Below are positions 9,568 to 19,488 of a stretch of 64,000 nt of DNA, one piece after another. The notes beneath the pieces were generated by a model that saw only the letters and a program-made list of their open reading frames with translations, did not search any database and had not been told where the DNA came from. The DNA lies in the NCBI GenBank assembly GCA_041690135.1, contig JAWLHY010000001.1:1536001-1600000 (forward strand), read 5' to 3'. The stretch comes from Armatimonadota bacterium. Lineage in GTDB: Bacteria; Armatimonadota; SYMT01. Each line of letters begins with the position of its first letter. The first letter of the stretch is position 1. The position numbers and the translations under genes were made by a program.

Positions 9568-9843
9568 TTATTCGGCTTGCGAGTCGAACACCCCGAAGCG
9601 CCGGCAATAGCTTTGAAGCGTATGCGACCACCGATCCGCCAGCGCCGGTCCCCAGGGCTCCCCCTCCTCAGCGGTTCGCAGCGCCCGCTCCAGCCCCGCG
9701 GAAAGACAGTCGTATCCATCCGCGAAACGGCCGGCCTGTGCGAGGCCGACGGCATGGAGCGCCGCCATTACCAGAGCGTTCAACTCAGTATCGGGGAGGA
9801 TGATATCGGGAAGATCGAGCATCGGGTTGTCCTGGATGTCCAC
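9568..9843 (-). CDS. Small hypothetical protein, paralog of 687..911
   Basis: LPDTELNA...GYDCLSAGLERA....GEPW. Confidence 0.7.
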   Translation of the reverse strand: MDIQDNPMLDLPDIILPDTELNALVMAALHAVGLAQAGRFADGYDCLSAGLERALRTAEEGEPWGPALADRWSHTLQSYCRRFGVFDSQAE

Positions 9844-10067
9844 GGGGGTGCGGAAAGATCGAAGCTGCGGTGAATCAGCGTGCAGGAGCGATTCACCGCC
9901 CCTTCCGTATGCCAGCTATCCACATAGACGAGCGCTGGAGCCGCCTGTTATTCCACTTTTTCGGCTTTCCAATCGAATTCCGCTTCCACTTCGAAAAGTC
10001 AGCGCAGGCGGCGGCTCATCTCGCGATAAGGCGTGGGGCCGCCGAGAGTGGGGGTCTCCGGCACCAC

Positions 10068-10093
10068 GTTTGAAGCCGGTCCGGACAGGGTGT
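10068..10093 (+). promoter_or_regulatory. Possible SigB-type promoter
   Basis: GTTTGA-N14-GGGTGT upstream of the S8 peptidase. Confidence 0.35.
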
Positions 10094-10207
10094 AACCGCT
10101 TAGCCGGGCGATCAAGAAAGCCCCTGTCGTAAGTGCCGTTCGCGGTGCGAACGGCCGGCTTCCCGCGAAGGGAGCGCCTCCGCCCGGAGCTTTGTGGAGC
10201 TCTACCG

Positions 10208-11878
10208 ATGCCGAGTCTTCAACCCGTTCGACTCTTGCCGGCTCTCGGGCTGGCCGTGTTTACTGTCCTGACGCTGCTGGCGGATCCCGCGGTCGGCGCC
10301 GTCTCTCGCGTACGGCGGGCTGCCTATGTGCGAGGCGAGGCCCTCGTCTGTTTCCGGCCCGATGTTCCGGAGAAGCAGGCACTGGCGGTCCTGGAGCGCC
10401 AGCGGGCGGTGGTAGTGAAGGCCTTTCCCGACCACCACCTCTACTGCGTGCGTCTCCCGGCTCGCGTCACCACGCCGCTGGGGGTGCGCCGGTTCCTCCG
10501 GGAAAGGGACGTCGCCTTCTGCCACCCGAACTACCTCTACCACGCCGTAGCTTCCCAGCCGGACGATCCGTTCTTCCAGTATCTGTGGGGATTGCAGAAC
10601 ACCGGTCAGGAGGAGGGAACTTCCGACGCGGACATCGACGCCTCGGAAGCCTGGGATCTCACGCAGGGCTCCCGGAACGTCGTCGTCGCGGTGATTGATA
10701 GCGGCGTGGACTATGCCCATCCCGACTTGCAGGCGAACATGTGGACCAACCCGGGCGAGGTCCCCGGCAACCGCATCGATGACGATGGGAACGGCTACGT
10801 GGACGACGTCCACGGTTGGGATGCCCTGGGCAACGACGGAGACCCGCAGGACGACAACGGGCACGGCACCCACGTTGCGGGAACGATCGGTGCAACCGGC
10901 GACAACGGCCTGGGCGTGACGGGCGTCAATTGGAGGGTGAGTATCGTCGCGGCCAAGTTCCTCGATGCGGAAGGTTCCGGCACGACGGTGGACGCCATTG
11001 AGTGCCTGGACTACCTCCACCGGCTGAAGGACCGAGGCGTGGATATCATCGCCACCAACAACAGTTGGGGAGGCGTGCCGGAGTTAGATCGCGCTTTGCG
11101 GGATGCGGTCCAGCGTTCCCAGAACCGGGGCATCTTGTTCGTAGCGGCGGCGGGTAACGAAGGTCGCAACAACGACGTACGGCCGGACTACCCGGCCAAT
11201 ATCGATCTGCCGAACGTGATTTCGGTCGCCGCGACGGACCGGAACGATCGGCTCGCCGATTTCTCGAACATCGGGGCGGCCAATGTGGACCTGGCCGCGC
11301 CCGGTGTCGAGATCTTGAGCACCGTACCGCGCTTTGTGGACCCGGGGCTCCCGTATCGATTCCTCAGCGGCACCTCCATGGCGGCTCCTCACGTCACCGG
11401 CGCCATCGCCCTGCTGCGCGCGCACTCCCCTTCGTTGGGCCACCTGGAGATCAAGGATCGTCTGCTGACCACCGGCGACGCGCTGACGAACCTCCAGGGA
11501 CGCACGGTCACGGGCCGGAGATTGAATGTCTATAACGCGCTCATCGGCACCACGCCCGCGCCGGTGGCGGGGCCGGAGTTGGCGGTGCAGGTCACCGCCG
11601 GTCGCGTCTACCGGCTGGGCCGGGAAGTAGTGGTGCGGGTGCGAGTATCCGACCCGGTGACCGGAATCGGCGTGGGCGGCGCGATGGTGCGCCTGGTGGT
11701 GCAGACCGCTACCGGCGATCTCTACGCACTGGAGAATACGACGGGCGCGAAGGGGTTTACCGCTTTCCGCTTCCGCACGGAACGGCGGGACGGTCGCGGC
11801 GTCTATCTGGCGACCGCTGGGGCAACACAGCCTGGATACCTCCGGGGTTCGGGCTACACGACCTTCCTGGTGCTGTAA
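10208..11878 (+). CDS. Secreted S8 (subtilisin) family serine peptidase
   Basis: Signal peptide, VIDSG, HGTHVAG, GTSMAAPHV catalytic triad, NPGEVPGNRIDDDGNGYVDD insert. Confidence 0.93.
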   Translation: MPSLQPVRLLPALGLAVFTVLTLLADPAVGAVSRVRRAAYVRGEALVCFRPDVPEKQALAVLERQRAVVVKAFPDHHLYCVRLPARVTTPLGVRRFLRERDVAFCHPNYLYHAVASQPDDPFFQYLWGLQNTGQEEGTSDADIDASEAWDLTQGSRNVVVAVIDSGVDYAHPDLQANMWTNPGEVPGNRIDDDGNGYVDDVHGWDALGNDGDPQDDNGHGTHVAGTIGATGDNGLGVTGVNWRVSIVAAKFLDAEGSGTTVDAIECLDYLHRLKDRGVDIIATNNSWGGVPELDRALRDAVQRSQNRGILFVAAAGNEGRNNDVRPDYPANIDLPNVISVAATDRNDRLADFSNIGAANVDLAAPGVEILSTVPRFVDPGLPYRFLSGTSMAAPHVTGAIALLRAHSPSLGHLEIKDRLLTTGDALTNLQGRTVTGRRLNVYNALIGTTPAPVAGPELAVQVTAGRVYRLGREVVVRVRVSDPVTGIGVGGAMVRLVVQTATGDLYALENTTGAKGFTAFRFRTERRDGRGVYLATAGATQPGYLRGSGYTTFLVL

Positions 11879-11932
11879 CGGACCTTACCCCCTCGGAACA
11901 GGCGCCGTTACAACGGGTGAGAGCCGCAGCTC

Positions 11933-12295
11933 TCACCCGTTGTAGTGCGCCAGTGCGCGGTAAGCCTTTCCCTCCTCGTTAAGGAACAACACTTCCACGG
12001 CGAGCTTGTCGAAGACAGAGCGATAGAAGAGCGTGATGCTGCGGACGCCGACGCAGACCTCGATCAGTCCGAATTGCAGGTCGGGAATGCGCTCCAGGGC
12101 CGTGCGCCAGTAGGCCCCCACCTGCTTCTTCCCTTTCAGGGTACCCGAGGGCTCACCTGTGTAGCTCACGATGAACGGACTGCTCATCTCGAAGTCATCC
12201 GTATAGTGGGAGAGGATGCGCTCCAGATCGTGGGAGTTCCAGGCCGCGATCCATTCCTCCGCAAAACGGCGTGCCTCATCCTGGCTCAGCATCAC
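11933..12295 (-). CDS. NTF2/SnoaL-like protein
   Basis: FAEEWIAAWNSHDLERILSHYTDD. Confidence 0.88.
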   Translation of the reverse strand: MMLSQDEARRFAEEWIAAWNSHDLERILSHYTDDFEMSSPFIVSYTGEPSGTLKGKKQVGAYWRTALERIPDLQFGLIEVCVGVRSITLFYRSVFDKLAVEVLFLNEEGKAYRALAHYNG

Positions 12296-12324
12296 TTTCC
12301 TCGCTCCCTCGCTTACTGTCGCTA

Positions 12325-13746
12325 TTACCCGCCCAGCTTGGCCAGCCAGTCCGGAAGTCGCCGGGATACTTCATAGATACCGCCGCCGGTGACCACCAGG
12401 ACCGCCAAACCCATCGCGGCATTCCAGAGCAGGCGGCTCCGCCCTTCGGGTCGGTCTTCCCCCAGATACTCCTTCCGGTTCTGCAGCACCAGAAAACTGA
12501 TGTATGCGACCGGCAGCAGGAAGAACCCAAAGATGGAAGTCGGCACGGCCAGCCAGAACTCCAGCTTCCCCCACAGCACCGGCGCCAGGAAGGCGGGCGC
12601 CGGGAGCAGGGTCGCCAGCCGATAGCCCCAGCCGTTGGGGCTGATCCCCAGCACTTCCACCGCAATGAACCCGCACACCAGCATCAGGAGGGGGATGGTG
12701 CTGAGGGTCATGCCGAGGATGCCCAGGCCGAAGACCCAGTGGCTGAGCACCGGACCGACGACCGGGTCGAGAGCGCGGGCGAGGTCTACCGCACCGGGCG
12801 GCTTGAGCTGCCCGGGCGCCGCGGCGGCATACACCGGGTGCAGAATGTTGGCGGAGGCGATGATGATGAATGACGTCGCCAGCACGTAGGGGATGAACAG
12901 CCCGGTGCTGAGATCGAACTGCGCCAGCGCCCGGTGCTCTTTCCCCCACCCTCTCGCCAGTAAGGTGTAGGGAAGCAGGAACGTCATGTTGATGCCGACG
13001 GCGGTGGCGAAGGCCGAGATCACCACCCCGCGGCCCTGCGTGTCGTCCGGCAGGTAAAAGCCCGTCAGCCCCTGCGCCAGTTCGCCCCAGTTGACGCCGG
13101 TGCGCACCAGGACCAGCGCGAATGAGAGCACAACCAGCCCGACCATGGCCTTGAGCGTGTTCTCGTACAGGCGCATCCCGGCGCTACCCTTGTTGTAGTT
13201 CCAGGTGATGAAGGTGGTGAGTACCAGGATCACAACACCCGTCGCAATCGGCGGGACGGCGATACCTGCCTGCGTACCGATGTTCGCCACCACGCTGGCG
13301 GCCAGGTTGTACTGCGGGAAACACCAGACGATGCTGGCCAGCAGCGAGCAGAGAGCCCACCCCCAGGCAGCGACCGGATGAACATAACGCCTCACCGCGG
13401 CAAAGGGCCGCATGCCGGTGGAGAGGGTCTGGTAGGCCAGCGCGTTAAGCATCAGGATGCCCAGGAGCATGGCCAGCGGTTGGACCCAGAGCAGCTTATA
13501 ACCGAATAGCGATCCGGCCAGCAGGGATGAGGCCGCACTGCCCCCTCCCAAAGTCATCGCGCCCTGGAGCCAGCCGGGGCCGGACAACCCGAGGAATGCC
13601 GCGAACCGTTTACCCGGGCTCTCTTTCGAGAGGGCTACTAGCCGCGCCCGCTCCTTCTCCAGTGCATCGGGGTCCTGCCGGGCCACCATCGGCAGCCCAT
13701 GCTGCTGCGCCTCGTCCCCCGCGCGCGTTTCGTCCGTCGCAATCAT
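12325..13746 (-). CDS. NRAMP-like divalent cation transporter family protein
   Basis: About 11 TM helices, SGPGWLQGAMTLGGGS, GYKLLWVQ. Confidence 0.75.
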   Translation of the reverse strand: MIATDETRAGDEAQQHGLPMVARQDPDALEKERARLVALSKESPGKRFAAFLGLSGPGWLQGAMTLGGGSAASSLLAGSLFGYKLLWVQPLAMLLGILMLNALAYQTLSTGMRPFAAVRRYVHPVAAWGWALCSLLASIVWCFPQYNLAASVVANIGTQAGIAVPPIATGVVILVLTTFITWNYNKGSAGMRLYENTLKAMVGLVVLSFALVLVRTGVNWGELAQGLTGFYLPDDTQGRGVVISAFATAVGINMTFLLPYTLLARGWGKEHRALAQFDLSTGLFIPYVLATSFIIIASANILHPVYAAAAPGQLKPPGAVDLARALDPVVGPVLSHWVFGLGILGMTLSTIPLLMLVCGFIAVEVLGISPNGWGYRLATLLPAPAFLAPVLWGKLEFWLAVPTSIFGFFLLPVAYISFLVLQNRKEYLGEDRPEGRSRLLWNAAMGLAVLVVTGGGIYEVSRRLPDWLAKLGG

Positions 13747-13954
13747 TAAACTTCTCCATGTCGCCGTACTCCCTTACGCAGTTGTTTGTTGTGGTTGTCT
13801 TTAGGGTTGTTGTTCGGGAAACACACCCCCATCCCCTTGAATCGAACCACCGATCCTGCCAGGACAACCCCGCTTTGCCGTAAGGGGCCTCCGCGATGGA
13901 GCACAACATACGGTGTGGTCGTCGCAAACTCCGTGGAGAACGTTGGTTCGGCCA

Positions 13955-15379
13955 CTACGCGAGGATTTTGCGCACCACGTTCCCCGCCACGTCGGTCAGG
14001 CGCTGGTCGAGGCCCTGGTGACGGAAAGTCAGGCGCTTGTGGTCGATGCCGAATAGATGGAGCAGCGTGGCGTGGAAGTCGTGCATGTGAACCGGGTCCT
14101 GGGTCACACGCCAACCTAGCTCGTCGGTCTGGCCCAGGGTGTAGCCGCTCTTGACTCCGGCTCCTGCCAGCAGGAGGGAAAAAGCGTGGGGATGATGGTC
14201 GCGACCGGCTGTGTTGAGGTCCTTCCCCTGGGTGATAGCGGTGCGGCCGAATTCAGTGCCGATGACCACCAGGGTTTCTTCGAGCATACCGCGCTGCTTC
14301 AAGTCCTTCAACAGGGCGGCGATCGGGCGGTCGATCTCCGCGCACGCCTTGGGTAGGCCCGCGTGGATCGCTTCGTGATGGTCCCATTCGTGGTGCGTGA
14401 CCATTACGAAACGCACCCCGCGTTCCACCATGCGGCGCGCCAGCAGGAGGCCCCGGTTGAAGTCCCCTTCCCCGTAGGCTCCCCGCGTGGGCCCCGGTTC
14501 ATCGGAGAGGTCGATCAGCTCGGGGGCCGCCGTTTGCATGCGGAACGCCAGCTCGTACGCGGCGATCTGGGCGTCCAGCTTGGGATCTCCCGTTTCGCCG
14601 CGGCGCAGCTCGTTCAATCGCCGGATGGCGTCCAGTTGCGCCCGGTGGAGTTCCGGAGTGATCTCCTTCGGTCCGTTGAGATTCAGGATCGGCGTGCCCT
14701 GGCTCCGGAACAGGACCCCCTCATACGTGGCGGGCAAAAACCCGCTGCCCCAGAGCAGGCGACGGGACTTCGGCGCGCGCCCGTTGAGCAACACCACGTA
14801 GCCGGGCAGGTTCTGGGTCTCGCTGCCCAGGCCGTAGGCCAGCCACGATCCCAGGCTGGGGCGGCCGGGAATATCCTTGCCCGTTGAAAGGACCAGTTCT
14901 CCCGGGGCATGGTCGAACGCCTCGTGGTGCATGGAGCGGATGAGGCAAAGGTCGTCCGCACAGGCGCCCAGGTTGGGCAGCAACTCCGAAAGCTCCATCC
15001 CGCACCGGCCGTACTTGCGGAAACCGAACGGGTTGCCCATCAGCGGAGCATCGTAGGTCGTCTGGCCCAACCGGACTCCTTCCCGGAACGTGTCAGGGAT
15101 CCTCTGCCCGTGCAACTGGTTGAGGGTGGGCTTGGGATCGAACAGCTCCACCTGGCTCAGACCCCCGATCAGGTAGATGAAGATGCAGTTTTTTGCCCGC
15201 GGCGGGTAGTGCGAGGCGCGAGGACGCAACGGATGGCTGACGGTGTCGGCGGCGAGCAGGCCGTCCTGCTGCAGCATCGAAGCCAGAGCGGTCAGCCCCA
15301 GGCCGCTCATTGTCCCGGTAAGAAACCGCCGGCGACCCGAACGGGGGGCGGTCAACGGTGCGGCTTGAGGTTTTTCCAT
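13955..15379 (-). CDS. DUF1501 domain protein (Tat)
   Basis: RRRFL leader, GGLSQVELFDPKP, ARRMVERGVRFV, WDHH, EFGRT, GRDHHP. Confidence 0.92.
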   Translation of the reverse strand: MEKPQAAPLTAPRSGRRRFLTGTMSGLGLTALASMLQQDGLLAADTVSHPLRPRASHYPPRAKNCIFIYLIGGLSQVELFDPKPTLNQLHGQRIPDTFREGVRLGQTTYDAPLMGNPFGFRKYGRCGMELSELLPNLGACADDLCLIRSMHHEAFDHAPGELVLSTGKDIPGRPSLGSWLAYGLGSETQNLPGYVVLLNGRAPKSRRLLWGSGFLPATYEGVLFRSQGTPILNLNGPKEITPELHRAQLDAIRRLNELRRGETGDPKLDAQIAAYELAFRMQTAAPELIDLSDEPGPTRGAYGEGDFNRGLLLARRMVERGVRFVMVTHHEWDHHEAIHAGLPKACAEIDRPIAALLKDLKQRGMLEETLVVIGTEFGRTAITQGKDLNTAGRDHHPHAFSLLLAGAGVKSGYTLGQTDELGWRVTQDPVHMHDFHATLLHLFGIDHKRLTFRHQGLDQRLTDVAGNVVRKILA

Positions 15380-15417
15380 CCGTCTAATACTCCACGTCTT
15401 CTGCTCGCGTGCGGTGA

Positions 15418-15552
15418 ACCTTCAACCCCTGGCCCCCGAGGGGGGCTTCAACCCCTGGCCCCCGAGGGGGGCTTCAACCTTCAACCTTCAACCTTCAACC
15501 TTCAACCTTCAACCTTCAACCCCTGGCCCCCGAGAGGGCTTCAACTTTCAAC
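15418..15552. repeat. Composite tandem repeat: CTTCAAC heptamers plus a 26-bp unit
   Basis: CTTCAACCCCTGGCCCCCGAGGGGGG twice, CTTCAAC x7, then a third degenerate long unit. Confidence 0.9.
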
Positions 15553-15559
15553 TCATCTT

Positions 15560-17821
15560 CTATTCCCGTGTGGTGAACTCTTCCAGGTTCAGCAGGGTTC
15601 GCCCCACCCCGGTCCAGATTGCCTCCTCGCTCGCCCCCAGCGCTGCCTGCTTCCGCACCAGGTCGGAAAGCACGGCGAGTTCCTGCGCGCGCGGCTCCCT
15701 CCCCAGGCAGACGCGGAAACCGAAACGAAGCCGTCCTTCGCTTTCCGGGGCCGACTTGCGCAGTCGCTCGCCCAGGGCCCGCGCGCACTCCACGTAGGTG
15801 GGGTCGTTCAGCAGGGTGAAGGCCTGGATTGGCGTGTTGCTCCGGTCCCGGCGAACGCAGGCCTGGTTTCCGTCCGCCCCGTCGAAGGCGGCGAGGACCG
15901 GATGTTGGAGGGTCCGCTGCACGTGGATGTAGACCCCGCGCCGGTGCCGCTCCGGCCCGGGGAGCTTCAGGTCCTCGTTCGTGAACCGTTGTTCGATGAG
16001 GCCCTCCGGGAAGGGCGGCACGATGGACGGACCGCCGACCTTCGGGTCCAGCAGGCCGCTGACGGCGAGGCTGAGATCCCGCACGATCTCCGCTTCCACG
16101 CGGAACCGGTTCTGGCGTCCGAGCAGCGAGTTATCCAGGTCGCTCTTGCGGAGTTCCGGATGGAGGGCCGACGCCTGCCGGTACGTGGATGAAGTGACGA
16201 TCAGCCGGATCAGCGCTTTCCGACTCCAATCCATACCGTACGGGGTATCCCGTGTGGTATTCGCCGAACCCTGTGCGCCGGAAACAACGCGCTCCGGGGC
16301 TGCCGGTTCCCTTGCCCCCTGCCCCCCGCTCACCTGCTTGAAGGGCGCCCCACCCTTCGCCGAAAACACAGAGGCCAGATAATCCAGCAGCTCCCTCTGC
16401 ACCGGAGGGCGGCCGCTGCGCCCGTAGTTATCCGGTGTGGGCACCAACCCCTGCCCGAAGAGGGCCTGCCAGACGTGGTTCACCGCCACGCGTGCCGTAA
16501 GGGGATGGTCCCCGCTCACCAGCCAGCGGGCAAGATCGAGCCGGTCCGCCCGTTCGCCGCGCGGCTTGAGCGGCGGGAGGAATGCCGGTGTCCCCGCCGC
16601 TACGACCTCTCCCTTCTGCAGGAAGTTGCCGCGGAGGTGGATGTAGGTCTCCCGCGCCACCGCTTTCAGGGTCTGGGCCTGTCCTCCGGACACGGAGGTG
16701 TCGTCGTTATCTGTGGCGTTGAAGAAGGCGTAGAACTGGTAGTACTCCCGCTGGGTGATGGGATCGTACTTGTGCGTGTGGCACTTGGCACATCCCGCCG
16801 TGAGCCCCATCCACACCGTCGCGGTGGTGTCCGTTCGGTCTTTCACGGCGTAGGTGCGGAACTCTTCCTTATCCGCAGAAGCCGCCGAGTTCCAGAGGGT
16901 ATTGCGGTGGAAGCCTGCCGCGATCTTCTGCGCCGGCGTCGCGTTGGGGATCAGGTCTCCCGCCAGTTGCTCGACCGTGAACTGGTCGAAGGGCATGTCC
17001 CGGTTGACCGCGTCGATCACCCAATCGCGGAAGCGCCACGCGTGGGGACGGACCCGATCGTTCTCATACCCGTCGCTCTCGGCGAAACGAGCGAGATCCA
17101 GCCAATGCCGCCCCCAGCGCTCCCCAAAATGCGGGCTGGCGAGCAGACGGTCCACCAGGCGCTCGTAAGCATCCGGACGGGTGTCGCCCACGAACGCATC
17201 CACCTCTTCCGGCGTCGGAGGCAGTCCGATCAGGTCGAGATGCAGCCGGCGGATCAGCACGCGTCGCCCGGCGGGCGGTGAGGGCGTAAGCCTTTTCGCC
17301 TCCAACTTCGCAAGGACGAAGGCATCGATCGGGTTGCTCACCCACTCCTTCTGCCGGACTTTCGGGGGCGTGGGCCAGACCACGGGTTTGAACGCCCAGT
17401 GATCGACCGTCTCCCGGCCTCTGGACTCCTGCCCCCGGTCCCCTTCCTCTGGCCAGGGGGCACCTCCATTGATCCACGCCCGGATCCGGGCAATCTCCCC
17501 CGGAGATAGCGGCTTCCCACCCACGGGCATCCGATGCTTCGGGTCGGCGGTCACCAAGCGCCGATACAACTCGCTCTTCGCCGCATCCTTCGCGACGATT
17601 ACCGGGCCGGAGTCCCCGCCCTGCACCGCCCGCCCGCGCAAGTCCAACCGCAGCCCGCCATCTTGCCGGTGGGGACCATGGCAGGAGAAACAACGCGCTG
17701 CAAAGATCGGACGGATCTGCCTGTTGAAGTCCGGTACCGCTTCTTTCACCGCACCCGCGGCCATCAACGGCGAAATCCCCAGGAGAACACCAAGGCACGC
17801 AAGCCCACCCCTAATTCCCAT
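15560..17821 (-). CDS. Planctomycete cytochrome c domain + DUF1549 + DUF1553 protein
   Basis: CFSCH, CAKCH heme motifs, NPIDAFV, FGERWGRHWLDLARFAES, PLTARVAVN; start uncertain. Confidence 0.9.
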   Translation of the reverse strand: MGIRGGLACLGVLLGISPLMAAGAVKEAVPDFNRQIRPIFAARCFSCHGPHRQDGGLRLDLRGRAVQGGDSGPVIVAKDAAKSELYRRLVTADPKHRMPVGGKPLSPGEIARIRAWINGGAPWPEEGDRGQESRGRETVDHWAFKPVVWPTPPKVRQKEWVSNPIDAFVLAKLEAKRLTPSPPAGRRVLIRRLHLDLIGLPPTPEEVDAFVGDTRPDAYERLVDRLLASPHFGERWGRHWLDLARFAESDGYENDRVRPHAWRFRDWVIDAVNRDMPFDQFTVEQLAGDLIPNATPAQKIAAGFHRNTLWNSAASADKEEFRTYAVKDRTDTTATVWMGLTAGCAKCHTHKYDPITQREYYQFYAFFNATDNDDTSVSGGQAQTLKAVARETYIHLRGNFLQKGEVVAAGTPAFLPPLKPRGERADRLDLARWLVSGDHPLTARVAVNHVWQALFGQGLVPTPDNYGRSGRPPVQRELLDYLASVFSAKGGAPFKQVSGGQGAREPAAPERVVSGAQGSANTTRDTPYGMDWSRKALIRLIVTSSTYRQASALHPELRKSDLDNSLLGRQNRFRVEAEIVRDLSLAVSGLLDPKVGGPSIVPPFPEGLIEQRFTNEDLKLPGPERHRRGVYIHVQRTLQHPVLAAFDGADGNQACVRRDRSNTPIQAFTLLNDPTYVECARALGERLRKSAPESEGRLRFGFRVCLGREPRAQELAVLSDLVRKQAALGASEEAIWTGVGRTLLNLEEFTTRE

Positions 17822-18114
17822 GCGCGTTGGCCTGCATCTGAACATCCAAGTGCCACGAGCCAAGACGCTCTCCAGCTCTTCGCACTCTCTCCCGTGTCTG
17901 TTGCCTAGCGCTCTCACGCTCCGAACCTCCCTCCGAGCCTATCGCCGCACCGGTTGTGACCAACCACACCCCCCCGGGTTTCGCGAAACCCTGTTGACTC
18001 GGTTGCACTCCCGACGCAGCTTGTCGTGTTTGACGTACGGCCAAACAGGAAAGCACCCATTGAGCATCTGGTCCACACCCGCGATTCGGGAGCCGGTGGG
18101 AGAACGGAGCGTGG

Positions 18115-19395
18115 ATGAGCGAGGAAACGAGAGCAGAGACCCGGTCTACGGGTGGGATACGTATACGGCGGCGAGCCGCTGCAGAGCCGCCCGCGCCGTT
18201 AGGCTATTGTGAATTGCTCCGGGCCTTGCAGGGAGCCCTGCTCTTTGGTTTCGGCCTGTTTCTGATCTACCAGTTGGCTGGGCCGATCACATCGCTCCTG
18301 CTGCTCTTCCTGCTGGTGTTCATCCTGGCCGCCGTGTTCAATCCGGTGGTGGTGTGGCTGCACGAGCGCGGCGTGCCCCGGATCGCTAGCGCTGTCGGAA
18401 TTGTGTTGGCGATCCTCGGCCTGGCGGCCCTGATCGGTTGGTTGGCACTGCCGCCGCTTCTGAACGAGGTGGGTTCGCTCTTCCGCGACCTGCCGGCACT
18501 TCAGGATCGCCTCCAGTCTTACTACGCTAACCTCACGTCCCGCTACCCGGAGTTGGCGGCGCAGATCCCACCGCCATCGGAGTTGACCTCCAGCGTGGGC
18601 CCCTATGTCTCCCGGCTGCTGGGCCAGGTGGGGCGGTACACGGTGAACTTGCTGGTGGGCGTGGTTTCACTGGTCATCATGCTCGTGCTGGTCGTCTTCA
18701 CCCTTTCGCGGCCGGCGCCGCTGGTGACCGGCCTGTTGGCGGCGGTACCGGACACCCAGGAGCCGCAAGCCGAACGGGCCCTCCGCCGGATCCTGGAGCA
18801 GCTCAAAAACTGGGCACTCGGGTCGCTGATCCTGGGGCTGATCGTCGGCGTGATTACCGGTATCGGACTCTGGGCGCTCGGTCGGATCACCGGCCACACG
18901 ATCCCTTACATCCTGCTGTTCAGCGTTATCGCCGGCCTGGGAGAGTTGATCCCGAACATCGGCCCGATTCTTTCGGCCATCCCTCCGGTGCTGATTGTGC
19001 TGACCATCGACCCGATGCTCGGCCTCTGGGTGGCGTTGCTGTTCCTGCTCATCCAGCAGTTGGAGAACAACCTGATCGTCCCCCTGGTGATGGGGCGCAG
19101 CCTCGATCTGCATCCCGTTTCGCTCATCTTCACGGTGCTGGTGATGGGTTCGCTGTTCGGGCTTATCGGCGCCATCCTCGCGGTACCGGTGACGGCGATT
19201 CTTAAGGTCTGCTGGGAAGAGTTTTACATGCGGCCCCGGGAGAAGGACATGGACGCACTCCAGGCTACCGCGGAAGATATCGTCGAGAGCCAGCCCGGCC
19301 TCCGCGAGGGTGAAGGTCCCGGCGAAGCTCGCACCACGCAGGCGGAAGAGTCCCGCCCCTCGCGCGTGCATCGCCGCCGCCGGGCCGCATCGTAA
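18115..19395 (+). CDS. AI-2E family transporter
   Basis: IPNIGPILS, IQQLENNLIVPLVMG, LHP, GAILAVP. Confidence 0.9.
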   Translation: MSEETRAETRSTGGIRIRRRAAAEPPAPLGYCELLRALQGALLFGFGLFLIYQLAGPITSLLLLFLLVFILAAVFNPVVVWLHERGVPRIASAVGIVLAILGLAALIGWLALPPLLNEVGSLFRDLPALQDRLQSYYANLTSRYPELAAQIPPPSELTSSVGPYVSRLLGQVGRYTVNLLVGVVSLVIMLVLVVFTLSRPAPLVTGLLAAVPDTQEPQAERALRRILEQLKNWALGSLILGLIVGVITGIGLWALGRITGHTIPYILLFSVIAGLGELIPNIGPILSAIPPVLIVLTIDPMLGLWVALLFLLIQQLENNLIVPLVMGRSLDLHPVSLIFTVLVMGSLFGLIGAILAVPVTAILKVCWEEFYMRPREKDMDALQATAEDIVESQPGLREGEGPGEARTTQAEESRPSRVHRRRRAAS

Positions 19396-19488
19396 TTAGG
19401 TGCGAATCGCCCGAACCGTTTATAATGGCCCCTGCGGATGGAGAAGACCGTGAGCGCAACACGGCAATTCCAGGGAGAAGCAGGGGAG

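Noticed and set aside
13746-13950. yybP-ykoY manganese riboswitch upstream of the NRAMP-like gene
   Set aside because: No recognisable conserved core (GGGGAGUAG...GAGACC)
15418-15552. CRISPR array
   Set aside because: Units are contiguous with no unique spacers, and no cas genes are present
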